A DNA stretch of 64,000 nucleotides from assembly GCA_964016885.1 (NCBI GenBank), contig OZ024745.1, forward strand, positions 41,478,001-41,542,000. Direction: 5' to 3'. The notes under the pieces are model-generated. The model ran no database searches, had not been told where the DNA came from, and saw only the letters and a program-made list of their open reading frames with translations. The position numbers and the translations under genes are program-made. The stretch's first letter is position 1, and each line of letters starts with the position of its first letter. This document shows positions 24,833 to 38,710 of the stretch, in pieces. The DNA comes from Eledone cirrhosa (lineage: Eukaryota).

Positions 24833-27800
24833 CTACAGTCTGATGTAGAGTGAAGGCCCATTCACACGGGCCATTCTCGTCACTTTCACCCATCTTTCAT
24901 AAAAACGACTGGGGTGCAGCACCTCTCTCTCCATCCTGATCCTTCTTCCGAAATAATATCGGAAGAAACGGAGCAGTTGTTGGCCAGAGAGAAAGGTGTC
25001 TGACCTCAGTCCTTTCAGACGCGTCCACCATACAACCTCTTTCGCCATGGCTATTACGCACAGAAACACCGCCTCTCCTTCGTTTCTGAAGAGGGGAGGC
25101 GGCTTGATCGTTACAATAGACTTGGTGATCAACCGGATCGGTCCCACCCGTGACAGCAGTCGTTCGACATAGCCCCACAGATCGGCAATGCCCGAGCAGT
25201 GTACCAATGCGTGTGCAACGGTTTCCTCGTCGCACCGGCATCTGGGAAAGATCTTTATCGAGGGGTCCCTACCCGGGCGCCCGTGTCTGTAGAGCCTTTC
25301 TCGAATGGGCAGAGCCCCTCGGTAGCACTTCCAGACCAGAGAGCTCTGGAAATTATCCATAGGTCCCGGGCTGAATGTCCTAACGAACAGGTTGGCCAGT
25401 TCGTTTTCCTCTATGCCTAGGGCTTCTCCGAGGGCGTCGTCGCACCTGCTAACCACCAGCCCTCTATAGAATGACGAGGTGTATTCTCCACTGACAGCCG
25501 GGTCCGCCTGCCATAGAGCCGTGAGCGCCTGGGCACACTCGGTGTGCCAGGCGCCCAGTTTTCTCGGTCTTTGCTTGACTCAGGATTGCAGCTCGGTGAG
25601 CGAAACGAATCTGGGAAAGGCTCGCCTCACTAACGGGGCCCACACCGGTTGACCGGTGAGGAATACCTGGAGATGCCGTAGCCTTAATGCGTGTTTACGC
25701 ATCATCAGCCACGGCATGCCCAGGCCCTCCTTTCGAAGGGTGTTGACAGCAGATAGATCTCCTCACCATAGGAGCCCGCTTCTTCCAAAGGAATTGGAAG
25801 AGTGCGCGCTCCATTTTGGCGAGCGTTTCCCTTGGACAAGGCACGACGGTCAGGCGGTAGTAGATGACGGATGCTATATAAGTGTTCGCCACCTCCGCCC
25901 GACCTTTCAGGGACAGTTTGCACTCGGCCCACTTCTGGGTCAGTGCAAACACCCTGTTTGTTACCTCACCCCAGTTCTTCTCCGCCTGGAGGTCTGGTCC
26001 GAACCAGACTCCGAGCAACTTCACTGGGCCCTCCGTCAAGCGCCCGCCGACGCCATCGTAGGGCATCGATTTGCCCCTCCACGTGCCGAGTTGCAGACCG
26101 ATCGACTTGTCCCGGTTCAGCTTAGCCCCTGTAAACCTTTCGTACTCCTCCAGTAAGGTGCCGATCGCCCCGAATTCCGAGGCCGTCGACACCATTACTG
26201 TTACGTCATCGGCGTAGGCCGACACCGCTTTCCGCAATCCCGGTTCTAACGGGATGCCCCGCAACACCTCCAACTTCCGCAGTAGTGGCTCTAGAGTCAT
26301 TACATACAGAAGGGAGGAGAGAGGGCACCCTTGTCGGATGGACCGCGCCATTTCGAACGGCTCCGAGAGGTAGCCGTTCACTTTGACCCTAGAGCAGATG
26401 CGGCTGCTGTGCATGGCAGTGATCCAGCCCCTGAAAACGGGTCCGAAGCCTGCCGCCGCTAGCACCATATCCAGGTAACCATGGTCGACCCTATCGAACG
26501 CCTTAGATTGATCCAAGTTGATCAGGGCCCCACCAAAGCCGGGTTCGTTCCCAACCCTCTCTATCGTGTAACGCATGAGATGGAGGTTGTCGTGGATGGA
26601 CCTGGATGGGATAGCACATGTCTGCGCATCTCCCACCAGGTTGCCCACGACAAGCGCCAACCTCTTTGCTAGCATCTTGGCCAAAATCTGTAACTCTGTA
26701 TTTAGCAGAGTTATGGGCCTGAAATTATTTATATCGTCCCCCTTGTTCTCGTCCTTCCTCACTAGCGTGACTACGCCCTTGGTCACAGCACAGGGAATTC
26801 TCCCGTTCTGTTGCCCGTTGCAGTAGACCGCCTCGAGGAGATCGGGGAACAAGTCCAGCATAGCTAGATATAGTTCGTATGGAAAACCATCGAGACCTGG
26901 GGATGTGCGTTTGCCGCATTGGCTCAGCACGTCCTCTAGCTCAGCACCTGAAATCGGCTCCTCGCAGGACTTCGCCTCCCTGTCCGAGAGACGCGGCAGG
27001 CCGTCGAGGTATGGACCGAAGTCCACTTCCCCAACCGGCTCCCCGCCCCTTCCGAACAATCTGGCAAAGTGCTTTTGAAAAGCCTCGCAAATCTGCTTAG
27101 GTTCAAGGATCACCCATCCATCCTGGTCTCGCAAAGACCGGATAGTGGATCTAGTCTCTCTTTTAGCCTCTGTCACGCGGGCCCAGCTAACAGCTTTGGT
27201 CCCCTCGTTTCCCAGAGCACGTATTTTGCTTCGGACGATGTAGCCTTCGTGCTTCGCGTCGAAGAACTGGCCCAGGGCCGTTCTAGACGGTAGCACTCTG
27301 GCCACGTCGCCGCTTCTAATTGCCTCTTCTACACTAGCTACCAACTCCCTTTCCTTCCTATTTCTATTTGAGGCTAACTCCTTACTAAATTCTATAGCGA
27401 CTACTCTAATCTCTCTTTTGAGAGAGCCCCACCACCTGCTGTTGACGATGGCGCCCGTCAACCGCGCCTTAACTAAAATGCTAATCCGGTCCCTGTAAGC
27501 TTTACTTGCCGGTAAGGACAAGTTGAGCTTCCAGTAACCGGGTCCCTGTCTATGCGTTCTGTCAAGGTTGACCATGCAAGTCACTAACTTGTGGTCTGAA
27601 TAGCCAACTATGAGCATTTTTGGACAACTTAAAAAGTCCTTATCCTCATTTCTAACTAAGAACCTATCTAGGTACGATCTAGATGATCCGCTGGGGTTTG
27701 CCCAAGTCCAGGTTGGCGCAGTCGGAAAATCTAGTCGATATCTATCGGTCAGGTCAAATCGGCCGAGTAACCCTTTGAGGCTGTTACACCCCCCTCTATC

Positions 27801-28275
27801 GGGACAGACCCCTACGTAGTCCCAACGTGCATCTAAGATACCATTCCAGTCCTCCACTAATAGCAAGGAGCGGGACGTCCCTAGAAAAGTCTCCAGACGA
27901 TGGAAGAAGTCCGGCCGCGTTGACCCAAAAGGGCTACCAGCCTACCAGCTACCAGCCTAAACGCTCCGCCTTTACCACTGCCAAGGTTCGGAACCACTAG
28001 TCGACCCTCCGGGTCCAAATGTACCGTCTGTGATGCGAGACCCAGATGTTTTTGCAGCAGAACGACAACCCAACCCCACCTCCGGGCTGACAGAGAGATG
28101 CGTGCATCTCAAAGTCATCAAAGGTGGGGGCCAGCTGTCGCACGTTGCTGATCCGGGCCTCGCAAATAACCATCACATCTATACGTTGTGACCTGAGGTC
28201 ATTTAGAAGCATTGCTTGCTTCCAAGTTGAGCCCAGGCCACGCGCATTTAGACAGCCTACTCTTAGCATAACCAT
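24833..28275 (-). pseudogene. Tx1 ORF2: AP endonuclease + reverse transcriptase + C-terminal zinc finger, frameshifted
   Basis: MLRVGCLNARGL (APE), SYLDRF..YSDH, SPGLDG, FRPITLLN, DQSKAFDRVDH, RQGCPLSSLLY, AYADD. Split over ORFs 27997-28299, 25695-27866 and 24833-25456. Confidence 0.92.
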
Positions 28276-28399
28276 GTTGGTGGTGAAGAGAAAAGGCACT
28301 TACCTCTCTGCGTCCCGGGTATCGGGCTGCACAATTTCCATGGGGGTGGGGATGGTTTGTTGGGTGGGGTGGTGGTTTGTGGAAGTGTAGGGGCATCAG

Positions 28400-29998
28400 T
28401 GTGTTGTGTGGTTGGGGTGTTTGGGGAGGGGTGGGGAAATTTTTTAGGAGGACGCGGTTAATGGGCCCGACGCAGGGGGGGGGGCGTACTCTTTAAAGTT
28501 GTCTTTTAGCGTTTTGTATGTTTCCTCTGGGACCTTACTCATTTTGAGGTGGGGAAATCCCCTGCCTGGGTGAAGTTAGGCCCTTGGGTTTTCACTAAAT
28601 TGTTGCTGTATACAATGTTTAGCAGTTTTTTATTTCTTGTGTTTATGTATGTGTATGCATGTTTTTGTTTTTGTGTGGTGTTTTTTGTTTGCTGTTGTTG
28701 TGTGCTCTTTTGTGTTGGTGTCTGTGTTATGTTTTGGGGAGGGGTTGTTTTCATTTGTGTGTTTTTCTTTTGATTGTGTGGAAGTGCTCCACTTCTTCTG
28801 ACGACGAACGAGGGTCATCTTCCATGTTAGAGGGGAGGGGTAGATTTTCGGGTTGTGTTTGCGGTGCGGGTGTTTTGGAAATTGTTTTTTCTTGAGTGGG
28901 GGGGATGGGTTGGACAGTGTTTTGTTTTAGTTTGAGCTGTGGTTGTTGTTTTTGTAGTGGTGGCTGTGGTGATTGTGTTGGTTGTGCAGTTGTTGATGGT
29001 GTAGGCAGGATTTGGGTTTTCTTTTTAAGTTGAGGACAGACAGCCCTCAGGTGACCTCTGGCTCCACAGAGGTAACACGAGGGCCGCCTACCCTCAACGG
29101 TAATGTTAATAAAAGTTTAATCATCCAGTATGACGCGTTCAGGGATCTGGGCGATCCTTTCGGGTCTCATTTGAACTACAAGTTCGAGGCCCGTTCCACT
29201 GAACGCGTCACCCGATGCTTTTCCCATGGATATTAATGTGTCATCATCTAGGTCCAGGAAACCTGTCAATACCCACCATATGTCCATAATCGGAAGGATG
29301 GTGTGAATTTTTATTTTTGTGTCCTTCTACCCATGTACGTAGGGTAGAAGGTGTATGCGGTGGGTGTGATTGGTTTTATTGACAGTTTCACTGCCGTGTC
29401 CCTGTCCTTCGTGAGAATGGATAGACTCCCGTAGAGTCTATCCTTCTGAATGAATATGATGTCTTTCATGACATCTTTTAAAACCAGCTCTATCTCACTC
29501 TGTGATGGTTGAGCTTTTTTTTTGTTTTGTTTAACACTGTCCTAAACATGACAGTGTTTAGGAGCCTCTGGCTTTTTAGTTCCAGGGGGGGGGGGAGTGG
29601 ATCGAAAATGATCCATTTTCCCCGTACACTACGTATTTTTTGGCATCTGCCAGTAGCTCTTTAGCTTTGCTTATACCTACTGGCAGATAGTCGAGGGTTT
29701 TCCTTGCAGTCTGGGCGAAGGAGACTTTTTCCTTGTTCGTGTTGCTGTTGTTGTTGGTGGTGTTGTTGTTATCATTGTTGTTGGTGTTGTTGTTGTTTTT
29801 GTTGTCTTTATTGTTGCTGTTGTTGTCGTTGTTGTTGTTGTTTTCAGTTTCTTGTATAGTTGTGGCTACATCAAGTTGTCGGTCAGCAGGTGGCTGACCT
29901 CTGCCTTTGGGATCTGCTGCTGTGCCAGTGGAAGGGGGAAGCTATGAGTTTAGCTTCCCTTTTCTTTCTTTGAATGTTGGTGAAGATGCTTCAGCCAT
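28400..29998 (-). pseudogene. Tx1 ORF1 (disrupted)
   Basis: ATG at 29998 (MAEASSPTF...), poly-Asn tract, KVSFAQTARK, Pro/Thr/Gln-rich C-terminus. Lies upstream of ORF2 with several frameshifts. End approximate. Confidence 0.65.
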
Positions 29999-30621
29999 TT
30001 TTATCAAAGTAGGACATTTTTCGAACTATATTTTTTAGAACTATATTTTTTAGGACTATATTTGTACATAGGTGAGACAGCTCGTAGTATAGGGGAACGA
30101 ATAAATGAACACTGGCGAGACCTCCAAGATAATAAAGAATCATCTGTGCTCTACCAACATGCTAAGATAGAACACAGGGGTAGATTAGAGAGCATAGAAA
30201 TAAAAATAGAATCCACGCACAGAAAAGACGCAATGTTTAGGCAAATTACAGAGGCAGTAAGCATAAAATAATTAAAACCAAAATTAAATAGAAAATTCGA
30301 GTGGAACAGCAACATCACAACTTACAATTAAGGACAAAATGAAAACACACACACACATAGAACAAACAACTTACAATTGAAAACACACACAAAATGAAAA
30401 CACACACAGGAGAAAATGAAAACACACACACACATAGAACAAACAACCAACCAACAATAAATAAATAAATAAATAAACAAATAGAAAAATGAACACAAAC
30501 ACATACAGACACCCGGATGTGGCACATGCGCAAACTGAGCACACAACACACACACAGAAACAAAATGGCGTAGGATAGAAGAAAGAAAAGGCACAGAAAC
30601 GAAGAGAAGAAAGGAATCCCC

Positions 30622-30666
30622 AGTCACTGAAGAGGTCACAGAGTGTGTGACGAAAGGACTATGACT
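30622..30666 (+). ncRNA. Minimal type I hammerhead ribozyme in 5' pLTR
   Basis: agtca-CTGAAGA-g-gtcac(agagtgt)gtgac-GAAA-ggac-TA-tgact. Minimal HHRs are an established feature of PLE pLTRs. Confidence 0.85.
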
Positions 30667-30808
30667 ATATATATAAACAACTATCTGGTTGTGGAACCAA
30701 CCAACCAAACAGAAATTTATAGGTTTGTAGATTTGTAAATTTATAAATTTATAAATATATAATAAATTGAAGTGAAAGCAACTGGTGCGTGTGTTTCTTA
30801 TTGGCAAC

Positions 30809-33800
30809 ATGACCCTCCCAAAGTATAACAATATCGGTTTCAACACACGATTTCAGATAAAGAATCTTGCTAAACAAATTCAGAAACGAAATATCGTAAG
30901 CCTTAGCCAGGCTAACAAGATACTGAAAACCACCATGTTCTGTTGTCTACGAAAAACCATAACATCTCGACAACTACACTTCATAAAACTGTGCACCACT
31001 TCTAGAATCTACACCAACACCATCAATACCGACGTTAGAAGATTACAACTCACCAAAAAACAAGCAGATAGGCTAAAACGAACTTTAATTCTAAACATAA
31101 AAAAGAAGATCTATAGAGAATTAAGTCATCAAGAAAAACTAAAGCGTAACTTAATACAAGAAATATCTAAAATCACCACACCAGCAGAAAAACTAACATC
31201 TATAAGCCTTATACGCCCCGAAGAACAGTACATTACTCAAGAATGTGATAACCACTTTAACAGAAAATTAAAGTGGCTTAAACAGGCAAAGCTAAATCGG
31301 GATACTATAGAGTATACCAATAGATATCCCGACAAAATTGACGGTATCAACATGGCCGACACCTCATTATCTGAAGAGTTCAACAACGAAAATACCAACA
31401 TTTATGGAAACACGGAAATAGATAATAATGAAATGTCTGTATTACGTCTGCCACCCAAATATGCGACATTCAGGAGGGTAAATATGATTAGTTGTCTGTC
31501 AGAAATAGAAAAATCATTTACAAAACTACGCTGGAGCATCAAAAACAAAAGCAACAATATACGCACACACATATACAACACACATCCCAACAACGACAGA
31601 CACACAGACAAAAACAACAATAACAACAACAACAACAATAGCAACATACCCAGATACAACAACAACAATAGCAACATACCCAGATACAACAACAACAGAC
31701 ACGCAGACACAAACAACAATAACAACACACACAGCAACGATAACACACACGGAGACAACAATAACAACAACACACACATCAACAACAATAGCAACATACC
31801 CAGATACAACAACAACAGACACGCAGACACAAACAACAATAACAACACACACAACAACGATAACACACACACACACGGAGACAACAACAAAACACATCAA
31901 CAACAACACACATCAACAACAACAACACACACGCATTCAATGCCTCTCACCACCACCACAATCTTAACAAACACACAGACACAGAAAACAAGTAATGACA
32001 GTAGCACAGAAATCAGAGAAATAAGAGAAAGTAATAGGATTAAAAAGAATAAGAGATGGGAGACTAAGGACAAAGAGAATAACCAAGACGAACACACAGA
32101 CACACAAAATAGGGTAGATAACAACATTGAGCCAGTGGAAAGAGACAGGAGTAATTATGAGAGACATAGAAACAACCATGAAGCTGAGGCTGCTGGTGGA
32201 AATAGAAATAGAAATAACACAACTAACAATAATAATAGCACTAGTACACATAAAGCAGCAGCCTGGAACTCTCCGTTTTATAACCCCTCCGATAAATCAT
32301 TCGACCTACGACGAGTCCACGCCACGACTTTGCCATTTAACAAACGCACGCAGTTGCCGTCGCAGGTCGATGAACAAACAGAAGCACAATTTAGTATAGC
32401 TAAATCCGAACTTAGAAATATTATAGAACAGTATAGCAAGAAGCATAATAGAATAGAGGCCCAGCAACTGGGAGAAGAATCTGCAAATGGCTTGCGTAAG
32501 CTCATGCAGCGCTCGCGTAATGGAGAAATAGCATGTTTTCCAACAGACAAGTCTGGCAGAATGTCGGTTGACAGCCTGCCAAACTACATCCAGGCAATGC
32601 AACCCCACATCACTAACACAAGAGAGGTAACACCACAGGAGCATGAGGATAGAGAAAAAGCCCTCAATGCCCATATGGTGATGTGGACGAATATAATGGA
32701 GCCCAACAAAAGGACTGCCAACAACTTCCAGGCCTGGAACAATGACGTGCCGGCGTTGTATGGGCTTCGAAAAGACCATAAAACGGGCTGGGACCCTGTC
32801 ACGGGACCACCAACACGACCAGTCTGTGGGGCTAACATTGCTAGTAACTACAGACTGTCCTACTTCCTCTCCCTGATCATACGCCCCATCATTGAGATGT
32901 CCCCAGATGTGTGTCACAGCACGGAGGACCTCCTCAGCAGAATCGGCGCGGGTAACCGATCTGGGGATCTGGAGACCTAACAAACTGCATAATAGGCAGT
33001 ATGGATGTTGTGTCCCTGTATCCATCTATTGGCGTGGATTTTGCTGTGGAGAAATGCGTAGAAATGATCAGCGAGAGCAAGGTTGAGTTCCGTGGGATTG
33101 ATACCAGTGAGCTGGGACTTCTACTTAAGCTTACCCATAGTAATAGTTACCTAGACACTTATGACCTTAGCAACCTGTGCCCTACAAGACCAGCAAGAGG
33201 CAGACCACCTACCATTACCTCAATGGCCAAGAAAACCCACACAGATAGATGGAACGGGTGGACCAGAGCCATACGGACACCCGAAAACCACGATGAACTG
33301 AAGAAAATGATTGCACATGCGGTAGGGGCCAGCATAAAATTAACCCTTAAGGAACATATGTTCAAATTTAATGGTAAAACATATGCCCAAGAGGAAGGAG
33401 CAGCCATTGGTGTTAGCATTGCAGGCGACATAGCTAACTTATCCATGGTATGGTGGGACAGTAGACTTAAACAAAAACTTAATGAACAATTAGAAGACAG
33501 CTTAACCCTGATAATGTACTCCCGCTACGTAGATGATATAAACATCGTAGTTAAGACACCCCCACTAAAGAACAGTCAGGAACTAGAGAAAAACACAATG
33601 GAAAGCATCCAGCAAATAGCAAACTCCATCCACCAGAGCATTAGAGTTACTATAGACTACCCAAGTAGACACCCCAACCATCGATTACCTGTACTAGACA
33701 CAGAGCTCTGGTTAGATACCATTAACAACCAAAAACAAATCCTCCATTCCCATTATGCCAAACCCATGACTTCCAAACATCTGATCCACCGAAACTCGGC

Positions 33801-34656
33801 CATTTCGGACCATACCAAAATCAACATACTGATTGCGGATTTGGTACGGGTGATGAGAAATGTGTCCCGCATGTGCAACCCCGAAGAACTAGAGAGACAC
33901 ATACAACACTTCATCCACCGTATGCAGTTCTCTGGCTACAATCAGAGAGATAGAATCAGAGTGTATAAAGAAGCCAGAACCAAATGGGAAAAAATGGTAA
34001 ATAATGACATAAATGGGACCTGCCCCTTGTATAGGAGCAAATTTTGGAATAGAATAGAAAGAACTAGGAACAAGGCCAATAGAATAAACTTATGGTATGA
34101 TAGCAATAAATACCAGAGTGTAATGTTCATCAATACAACCCCTAGAGGCGAACTAGCCTACAAATTTAGAAGGGCCCTAAATAAACATAATCTCAATATT
34201 AAGATAGTAGAAAGACCTGGTACCTCCGTAAAAACACTTATTAGCAAGACATACCCGTTCCAAAGACCCTCATGTATAGATAAGAAATGTATAACCTGTA
34301 AAATAAGCCCCCATATTAACTGTAAAACTAGAAATGTAGTGTATAGCATAAGATGTACTGAAGGACAATGTAGAAACAAAAATATAGTGTACATAGGTGA
34401 GACAGCTCGTAGTATAGGGGAACGAATAAATGAACACTGGCGAGACCTCCAAGATAATAAAGAATCATCTGTGCTCTACCAACATGCTAAGATAGAACAC
34501 AGGGGTAGATTAGAGAGCATAGAAATAAAAATAGAATCCACGCACAGAAAAGACGCAATGTTTAGGCAAATTACAGAGGCAGTAAGCATAAAAGAATTAA
34601 AACCAAAATTAAATAGAAAATACGAGTGGAACAGCAACATCACAACTTACAATTAA
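30809..34656 (+). pseudogene. PLE polyprotein (RT + Cys linker + GIY-YIG endonuclease) with one frameshift
   Basis: PTDKSGR, LYGLRKDHK, RPVCG, SMDVVSLYPSI, GAAIGVSIAGDIANL, SRYVDD, LPVLD, CIDKKCITC, NVVYSIRC..YIGETAR..RINEH..EAVSI..PKLNRK. Frame break at 32958-32973. Confidence 0.92.
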
Positions 34657-34946
34657 GGACAAAATGAAAACACACACACACATAGAACAAACAACTTACA
34701 ATTGAAAACACACACAGAATGAAAACACACACAGGAGAAAATGAAAACACACACACACATAGAACAAACAACCAACCAACAATAAATAAATAAATAAATA
34801 AACAAATAGAAAAATGAACACAAACACACACAGACACCCGGATGTGGCACATGCGCAAACTGAGCACACAACACACACACAGAAACAAAATGGCGTAGGA
34901 TAGAAGAAAGAAAAGGCGCAGAAACGAAGAGAAGAAAGGAATCCCC

Positions 34947-34991
34947 AGTCACTGAAGAGGTCACAGAGTGTGTGACGAAAGGACTATGACT
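34947..34991 (+). ncRNA. Minimal type I hammerhead ribozyme in 3' pLTR
   Basis: Identical to 30622-30666. Confidence 0.85.
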
Positions 34992-35215
34992 ATATATATA
35001 TAAACAACTATCTGGTTGTGGAACCAACCAACCAACCAGAAATTTATAGGTTTGTAGATTTGTAAATTTATAAATTTATAAATATATAATAAATTGAAGT
35101 GAAAACAACTGGTGCGTGTGTTTCTTATTGGCAACATGACCCTCCCAAAGTATAACAATATCGGTTTCAACACACGATTTCAGATAAAGAATCTTGCTAA
35201 ACAAATTCAGAAACG

Positions 35216-35277
<62 letters not shown>

Positions 35278-36269
35278 CTTTCTTCCAATGTCTCTTATCC
35301 TCCAGCTAATAAAGGTCAATTTTCATTATTGCAGTAAAGTGCTCTAGTTAAAGCTAAGTTGATGTTATTGAGTACAAATCTGGTCTGTATCTATAAAGAT
35401 ATCTATATAAATGAAGTTAATTCATTGCAGTTTCATTTGATACATAAACTCGTTTCTTTATTTGTTTATGTCTCTTTCTCTCACTCTTATCCCCTCTCTC
35501 ATTCTTTCACTTTTTCTCTCCCTCCCTCTTTCTTTTATTCTGTCTCTCTATTTTGGCTCTTTTCCTCCTAAGTCCGAGAATATATTTATTTTCCTCTTTT
35601 CCGCCCTTTCCTTTTATCTGTCTTTATGTCGCCCTATCTATATGACTATCAACGTCTGTCTATATGTGAAACTTTATACATACATATGTATACGAATAGA
35701 TAAATTTATATAACTGTGTATGTATTTGTATAGAGACGTACAGACAGATTGTAAGTAATCCATTTATTACAGCGAAATATTTTCAAATACTATATCTGTT
35801 GGTTATATATAGTTATTTGAAGTTTTATATTCGGAATTAATACCAGAATTATCATCAGAATAGCAAACGCATGTTCAAAGCAAATGCCTTAGTGCCTTGT
35901 CATGAAATACTTTCTAAATGGCAACAAGAGCACAATAACAACAACAAAAATAACTACGCGAGCATTTACTAATAACAACACAAGAATATCTGCAGAAGCA
36001 ACAGCAACAACATCAAGATCAACAGAGTCAGCAGCAACACAACAGCAAGCAACAAAACCAACAATAGTAACAACAGTAGCAGCGGCATCAACAACAGCAA
36101 CAGCAACAGGAGCAGCAGCAAAAACAACAACAAATCTCACAGCAGCAGCAGAAACTCTGTCAGAAACAAAAGCAACAACAGCAGCAAAATCTCTGTCTGT
36201 AACAAAAGCAACATCTGCAGCAAAAACAACCATTATAACAACAGTAACAAGGAAGGTGGAATGGCACAA

Positions 36270-36465
36270 TTGGTAGAACGTCGGACAACATGCTTCGCGG
36301 CATATCGTTACGTCCCTTTACGTTCTGAGTTCAAATTCAACCAGGGTTAGCTTTGGCTTTCATCATTACGGAGTCAATAAAATAAAATACCAACAACGCA
36401 CTAGGGTCGATTTAATTGACATCCCCCTCCCCAAAATTGTTGGTCTTTTGCCTAAATCAGAAACC
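36270..36465 (+). mobile_element. tRNA-derived SINE
   Basis: Same core as the 7792 copy. Confidence 0.75.
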
Positions 36466-36929
36466 ACCATTACAACAATAACAACAATCTTAGCGATAAC
36501 ATCAGCAACAACAGCATGAATAAGAAGAATAACAAAGACGGTCAAAAAGAAGAGCATATAACAAAGAAAAAAAAGTAAAAGTATCAAGCTGGTCATCAGA
36601 TCGAACCAGGAAAACGATTCTTCTATTCATGATTCCATTGCTGAGACTATGTGCCGATCGCAATATCTAAGGATCATAAAAGTAGAGATAGATGTAAACA
36701 AGGAAGAAAATAGTGATTTCTAATTTAAGCAGAAAGCCTAGAATTTATGGGGAAAAGAAATTCGATTATATAGACCCAGTACTTAACTGGTACTTTATGT
36801 TATCAACCACGGAAGGATGTAATTTTTAAAGTTGATCTCTGCAGGTTTGAACTCAGAACGTAAAGGGCTGTAACTAGATGCCTCAAAGCATGTTGTCCTA
36901 GGCATTTAGTTACGGCCCTTTAGACACTT

Positions 36930-37385
36930 TTCTTCTTCTTCTTCCCCCACCCCCACATATTCTTGAGAAGATCGTGGGGGAAGAATCCTCAAGCTATCCT
37001 TCCAGCGAGTCATGTCAGAAGCAACTATTTCCAAATGAACTGGCTCGATCCCCAAGCGAGACCAGCCAAGATCATGGATGGTATCCAATCATCTTCTTCG
37101 AGGTCTACTCCCGGGTCTCCTGCCATTAGGTTTTGCCCGCAAAATCTGTCCAACGATTCTATCCTGAAACATTCTAACCACATGCCCATAGTTTCGGGGC
37201 TGTCACCTCTCAATTCAGAGAAGTAGCGGCTGTACCTGGAGTAACTCTCTGATCTCCTAGCTACGCACTCTATCGAGTAACGTTACTCCAAAGAGCCATC
37301 GGAGCAACCCCATTTCGACCGCTTTTATTTTTTCGGTCATTACCCAAGGTACCATAAGTAAGGGTTGACATGAAAACCGAATTGA
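36930..37385 (-). pseudogene. RTE LINE 3' fragment
   Basis: Minus strand reads GLLRWLFGVTLLDRVRS*EIRELLQVQPLLL*IER...GHV, an RTE C-terminus, and ends in (GAA)n. Confidence 0.7.
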
Positions 37386-37404
37386 AGAGAGAACATAATG
37401 GTTT

Positions 37405-37845
37405 CATATACAGGCACAAGGCCATCAATTTTGGGGGAGGGGAAAGTCGATTATATCGACCCTAGTGCGTGACTGGTACTTTATTTTATCGACCCCGTAA
37501 GGATAAAAGGAAAAGTTAACCTCAGCGGGATTTGAACTCAGATCATAAAGGGCCGTAACTCAATGCTTCAAAGCATGGCGTCCGACCCTCTACCGATACT
37601 GCCAATCCACCGCCTGATGGAGGAAAATAATGATTTCTAGTATAGGCACAAGGCCAACAATTTTGGGGTGAGGAAAGTTGATTAAATCGACCCCCAGTGC
37701 ATTACTGGTGCTTTATTTTACGACCCCGTAAGGATGAAAGCCAAAGTTAACTTTGGCGAGATTTGAACTCAGATCATGAAGGGCCATAACTCTATGCTAC
37801 AAAGCATGGCGTCTGACACTCTAAAGATACTGCCAATCCACGGCC
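37405..37845 (-). mobile_element. Two tandem tRNA-derived SINEs (a further copy at ~36710-36900)
   Basis: Reverse complement of the 7792 family, twice. Confidence 0.8.
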
Positions 37846-38242
37846 CTGAAGGGAGAAAATATTGAAATTATTTACAGCATGAAATAATGGTTTGAGTCAA
37901 GCATCTTGTCCTGCTCCCAGCGACATGGTACACTACTGAGGAACTGAGTCAGTGGCCATATCACAAATAGTACGACGAAAATGTTGACACCAAGAAATAA
38001 ATGATATATATAAAATTAACAGTTATTGCCTGTTTTTAATTTGCTAAAATGCCTTTGCCAAGCTTAAATTTAAACACGCAGTCTCAGATTAAATCACTTT
38101 CTACACAAATAATTATTTCATTATTATTTCTTCGAAATAATTAAATGATTTACAGAAGTGTCATGGTTCTTTTTTTCCTTTTTCTGTTTTTTCTTGGAGT
38201 TTGGTGAATAAAATTTAGGGTGGTGGTAGTGGTAGTGGCAAT

Positions 38243-38249
38243 GGTTGTA

Positions 38250-38313
<64 letters not shown>

Positions 38314-38369
38314 CAGTAGTAGTAGTAGTAGTAGTAGTAGTAGTTGTTGTTGTTCTTCTTCTTCTTGTG

Positions 38370-38451
<82 letters not shown>

Positions 38452-38463
38452 AATTGGGAGTGA

Positions 38464-38511
<48 letters not shown>

Positions 38512-38523
38512 AATTGGGAGTGA

Positions 38524-38577
<54 letters not shown>

Positions 38578-38710
38578 AAGTGATAGTAGTAGTAGTGGAA
38601 TTGGGAGTGATAGTAGTGGTAGTAGTAGTAGCATTAGTAGTAGTAGTAGTAGTAGTAGTGGAAGTGATAGTAGTAGTAGTAGTAGTAGTAGTAGTGATAG
38701 TAGTGGTAGT
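38243..38710. repeat. (AGT)n microsatellite with interspersed ggaattgggagtgat units
   Basis: Direct reading. Confidence 0.95.

Larger units (their letters stand above)
24573..30060 (-). mobile_element. Near full-length Tx1-clade non-LTR retrotransposon (inactive)
   Basis: 5' UTR with 16-bp tandem repeats, ORF1, ORF2 (APE-RT-zf-RVT), 3' UTR ending ggtggcaaataaaaagaaag followed by (ATCT)n. Confidence 0.9.
30063..35221 (+). mobile_element. Penelope-like retroelement (Neptune/Nematis-like) with direct pseudo-LTRs
   Basis: Near-identical direct repeats 30063-30894 and 34388-35221 (GIY-YIG C-terminus, 3' UTR, HHR, ORF start). RT and GIY-YIG lie between them. The 3' end runs into (TA)n. Confidence 0.95.

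Noticed and set aside
35889-36276. Thr/Ala-rich mucin-like ORF
   Set aside because: Degenerate (CAA/CAG)n simple repeat next to a SINE, with no splice or domain evidence.
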